Source: a virus (Duplodnaviria; Caudoviricetes). From it: DNA of 64,000 nt. Shown piece by piece: positions 62,342-64,000 of this stretch. Under the pieces are notes generated by a model. The model ran no database searches. It was not told where the DNA came from and was given only the letters and a program-made list of their open reading frames with translations. The DNA lies in IMG/VR virus record IMGVR_UViG_3300031576_000039, positions 702 through 64,701 of that record; one strand, 5' to 3'. The position numbers and the translations under genes are program-made. Position 1 is the first letter of the stretch, and every line of letters begins with the position of its first letter.

Positions 62342-63475
62342 CTACTCTCCCCGAAGCTCGATGGTGTGCCACACTCCGCCCCCCTTGATCGATCTGAGCA
62401 GGGCGTAGAGGTCCCGGTAGAAGGCGTTCCTCGGCGAGTCATCGCCGTCGAGGACCCAGAGGAACACGCTGGCGGAGTCCGTGTCCAGCGGCACGTCCCA
62501 TGCTGTAGTCGCCCTGCGCCCGCTAGGGTAGGCGAACCCGGAGGCCGCCGTGGTCGGGTCGTCCCACGCACCGCCGCGCTGCTCGATCGGGCCAACCTCG
62601 GGCACCACCACGACGAACGCCCCGCGCTCGTCCTCGATCCCGAGCCACCGGCCGGCGAACGGGTCGGTGCGCGGGTCGTCATAACCCCACGCGTGCAGCA
62701 CACCGAAGACCGGATCCACCGGCGGCGCGGTGTCGGGGTTGTCCCAACAGGACTGGTAGTGGTTCTCCCACGTCTCGATCAGATCGTAGGTCAGCCCGCG
62801 CGGGAGGAACACGGCGTCGAGCTGGCGGCGCAGCGCCGCGGGCGTGACCGTGTCGGGCAGTTCGCCGACACGTCCCCTGTACCTGCCGTCGTCCTCGCCG
62901 TGCAGCCTGTCGATCCCGCGGTCGTCGCCGTGCTGGTCCAACGCGCCGCACGACCCGCCGACGGCATCGACGAGTTGCCGCACCTGGAGCGCGGGCTCGG
63001 CCAGGAGCGGGCTGAGGAGTGGCAGGGGCAGGTCGCTGATCTCACCGGGCAGCGCCGTGCCGTCGAGGGTCACGCGCGGGCCCGGCTCGTTGTACTCCGC
63101 CCCGAACCACACCGCCTCCACCACCGCCTGCTTCGTGAGGTCCAGCGCGCCGAACGCGACGTCCGTGAGCGTCTGGAACCGGCGCCCACTACGCGGCGAG
63201 CGAGCGACCGTGCCGCGCTTGACCGTGAACGCGCCCGAGGCCACGGACGTCCTGTAGAACTCCACGGTGCAGAGGGCTTTCGCCCCGCTCGTCGCCGTGA
63301 TTACGAACGCCTCGCGTTCCGCCGACGCTGCGGCCGTCGAGCACCGGGCGAACGCCTGGGCGAACGCCTGGAGCAGCTCGTAGCCGGGCCCAGGATTCCG
63401 CAGCGGCTCGAGGTACCACTGCGGGAGGATCCGGTCGGCGAGCGCGAGGAGGTCGTCTTGCGTGAGCGCGGGCAT
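62342..63475 (-). CDS. Baseplate wedge-type protein
   Basis: LDQHG.DRGI.R..GE.D..YR.R motif; follows the J-like gene. Confidence 0.65.
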   Translation of the reverse strand: MPALTQDDLLALADRILPQWYLEPLRNPGPGYELLQAFAQAFARCSTAAASAEREAFVITATSGAKALCTVEFYRTSVASGAFTVKRGTVARSPRSGRRFQTLTDVAFGALDLTKQAVVEAVWFGAEYNEPGPRVTLDGTALPGEISDLPLPLLSPLLAEPALQVRQLVDAVGGSCGALDQHGDDRGIDRLHGEDDGRYRGRVGELPDTVTPAALRRQLDAVFLPRGLTYDLIETWENHYQSCWDNPDTAPPVDPVFGVLHAWGYDDPRTDPFAGRWLGIEDERGAFVVVVPEVGPIEQRGGAWDDPTTAASGFAYPSGRRATTAWDVPLDTDSASVFLWVLDGDDSPRNAFYRDLYALLRSIKGGGVWHTIELRGE

Positions 63476-63478
63476 GGG

Positions 63479-64000
63479 TCAGGGTGCGGTGGAGAAGCCG
63501 GTGGTCGGCTGGATGATGACGGCGTCGGGGTCGGGGAACGGGATGCTCGTCGTGATCCCCGTGAGCAGGGCGAGGCTGAACGTCGAGCGGAGCACCTGCA
63601 CCGCCTTGGGAACCACGGTCCCCGACGGCGTGGCGATCTCGTTCCCCGTGATGATCAAGCCGTTGACCTCCGTCAGCGCGGACAGGGCGTCCGCGGGAAC
63701 GAACGACTCGCCGGGTGCCAGCTCGTTGACGTAGGAGACGACGCGAGAGCGCGCGCGCGCTGCCACCTCCTCAAGATCCACACCCGCGGAGAAGGTGAGG
63801 TTGAGCCCGATCTGGAGCAGCACCACCTGCGCGACCTGCACCTGGACGAAGATCCCGCCGCACCTTGTGTCATCAAGCGAGTTGAAGACGGCGCTCGCGA
63901 GCGCCTGGCTCTGCACCGCGTAGCTCGGGTCCGTCGCGTTGAGCGTCGCGAGGGCGTCGGTGAAGCGGTCGGCGACGATCAAGTACACCCAGCGGTTCTG
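63479..64000 (-). CDS. Baseplate J-like protein, C-terminal part (start outside the window)
   Basis: L...R..GI.V.V...YVN.L.PGE C-terminal pattern. Confidence 0.7.
   Translation of the reverse strand, partial: QNRWVYLIVADRFTDALATLNATDPSYAVQSQALASAVFNSLDDTRCGGIFVQVQVAQVVLLQIGLNLTFSAGVDLEEVAARARSRVVSYVNELAPGESFVPADALSALTEVNGLIITGNEIATPSGTVVPKAVQVLRSTFSLALLTGITTSIPFPDPDAVIIQPTTGFSTAP

Noticed and set aside
1-64000. CRISPR array or mini-array
   Set aside because: The only tandem repeats are two-copy in-frame duplications; no repeat-spacer pattern seen
1-64000. Genome-wide stop-codon reassignment
   Set aside because: Conserved genes are intact under the standard code, and TAG, TGA and TAA all end genes normally

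Overview
About 64 kb of a very GC-rich, apparently lytic tailed phage genome; baseplate-type genes suggest a contractile tail. The host cannot be determined from sequence. Almost everything is on the minus strand; one short plus-strand operon (50997-56318) starts from a divergent control region. In transcription order (right to left): baseplate/tail genes, a lysis cassette (holin-like proteins, SNase, M15 endolysin, RlpA-like protein), a sigma-like factor, ParB, an HTH protein and an SF2 helicase, a replication block (initiator-like protein, DnaB, primase, UDG-fused PolA with a mini-intein, UvsY-like, gp32-like SSB, RecA, SbcD/SbcC), a translationally coupled 7-deazaguanine DNA-modification cluster (folE, PLP enzyme, queC, dpdA-ParB fusion, queD, queE, dam, DUF4406-like), a Gly-rich fibre cassette, terminase, portal, a head-morphogenesis gene, two HNH genes and a run of small virion-type genes. 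The best candidate for an undescribed system is the class-V PLP enzyme wedged between folE and a divergent queC, which suggests a new 7-deazaguanine DNA modification. Other notable signals: a start-associated GATCAAGGCA motif at about 10 genes, an N-terminal module shared by four virion-region proteins, a cluster of short proteins with a PF-x-L tail, a GATC-rich origin-like segment inside the initiator gene, and a pseudoknot-like structure in the divergent region. All family calls are by motif recognition only; no searches were run.
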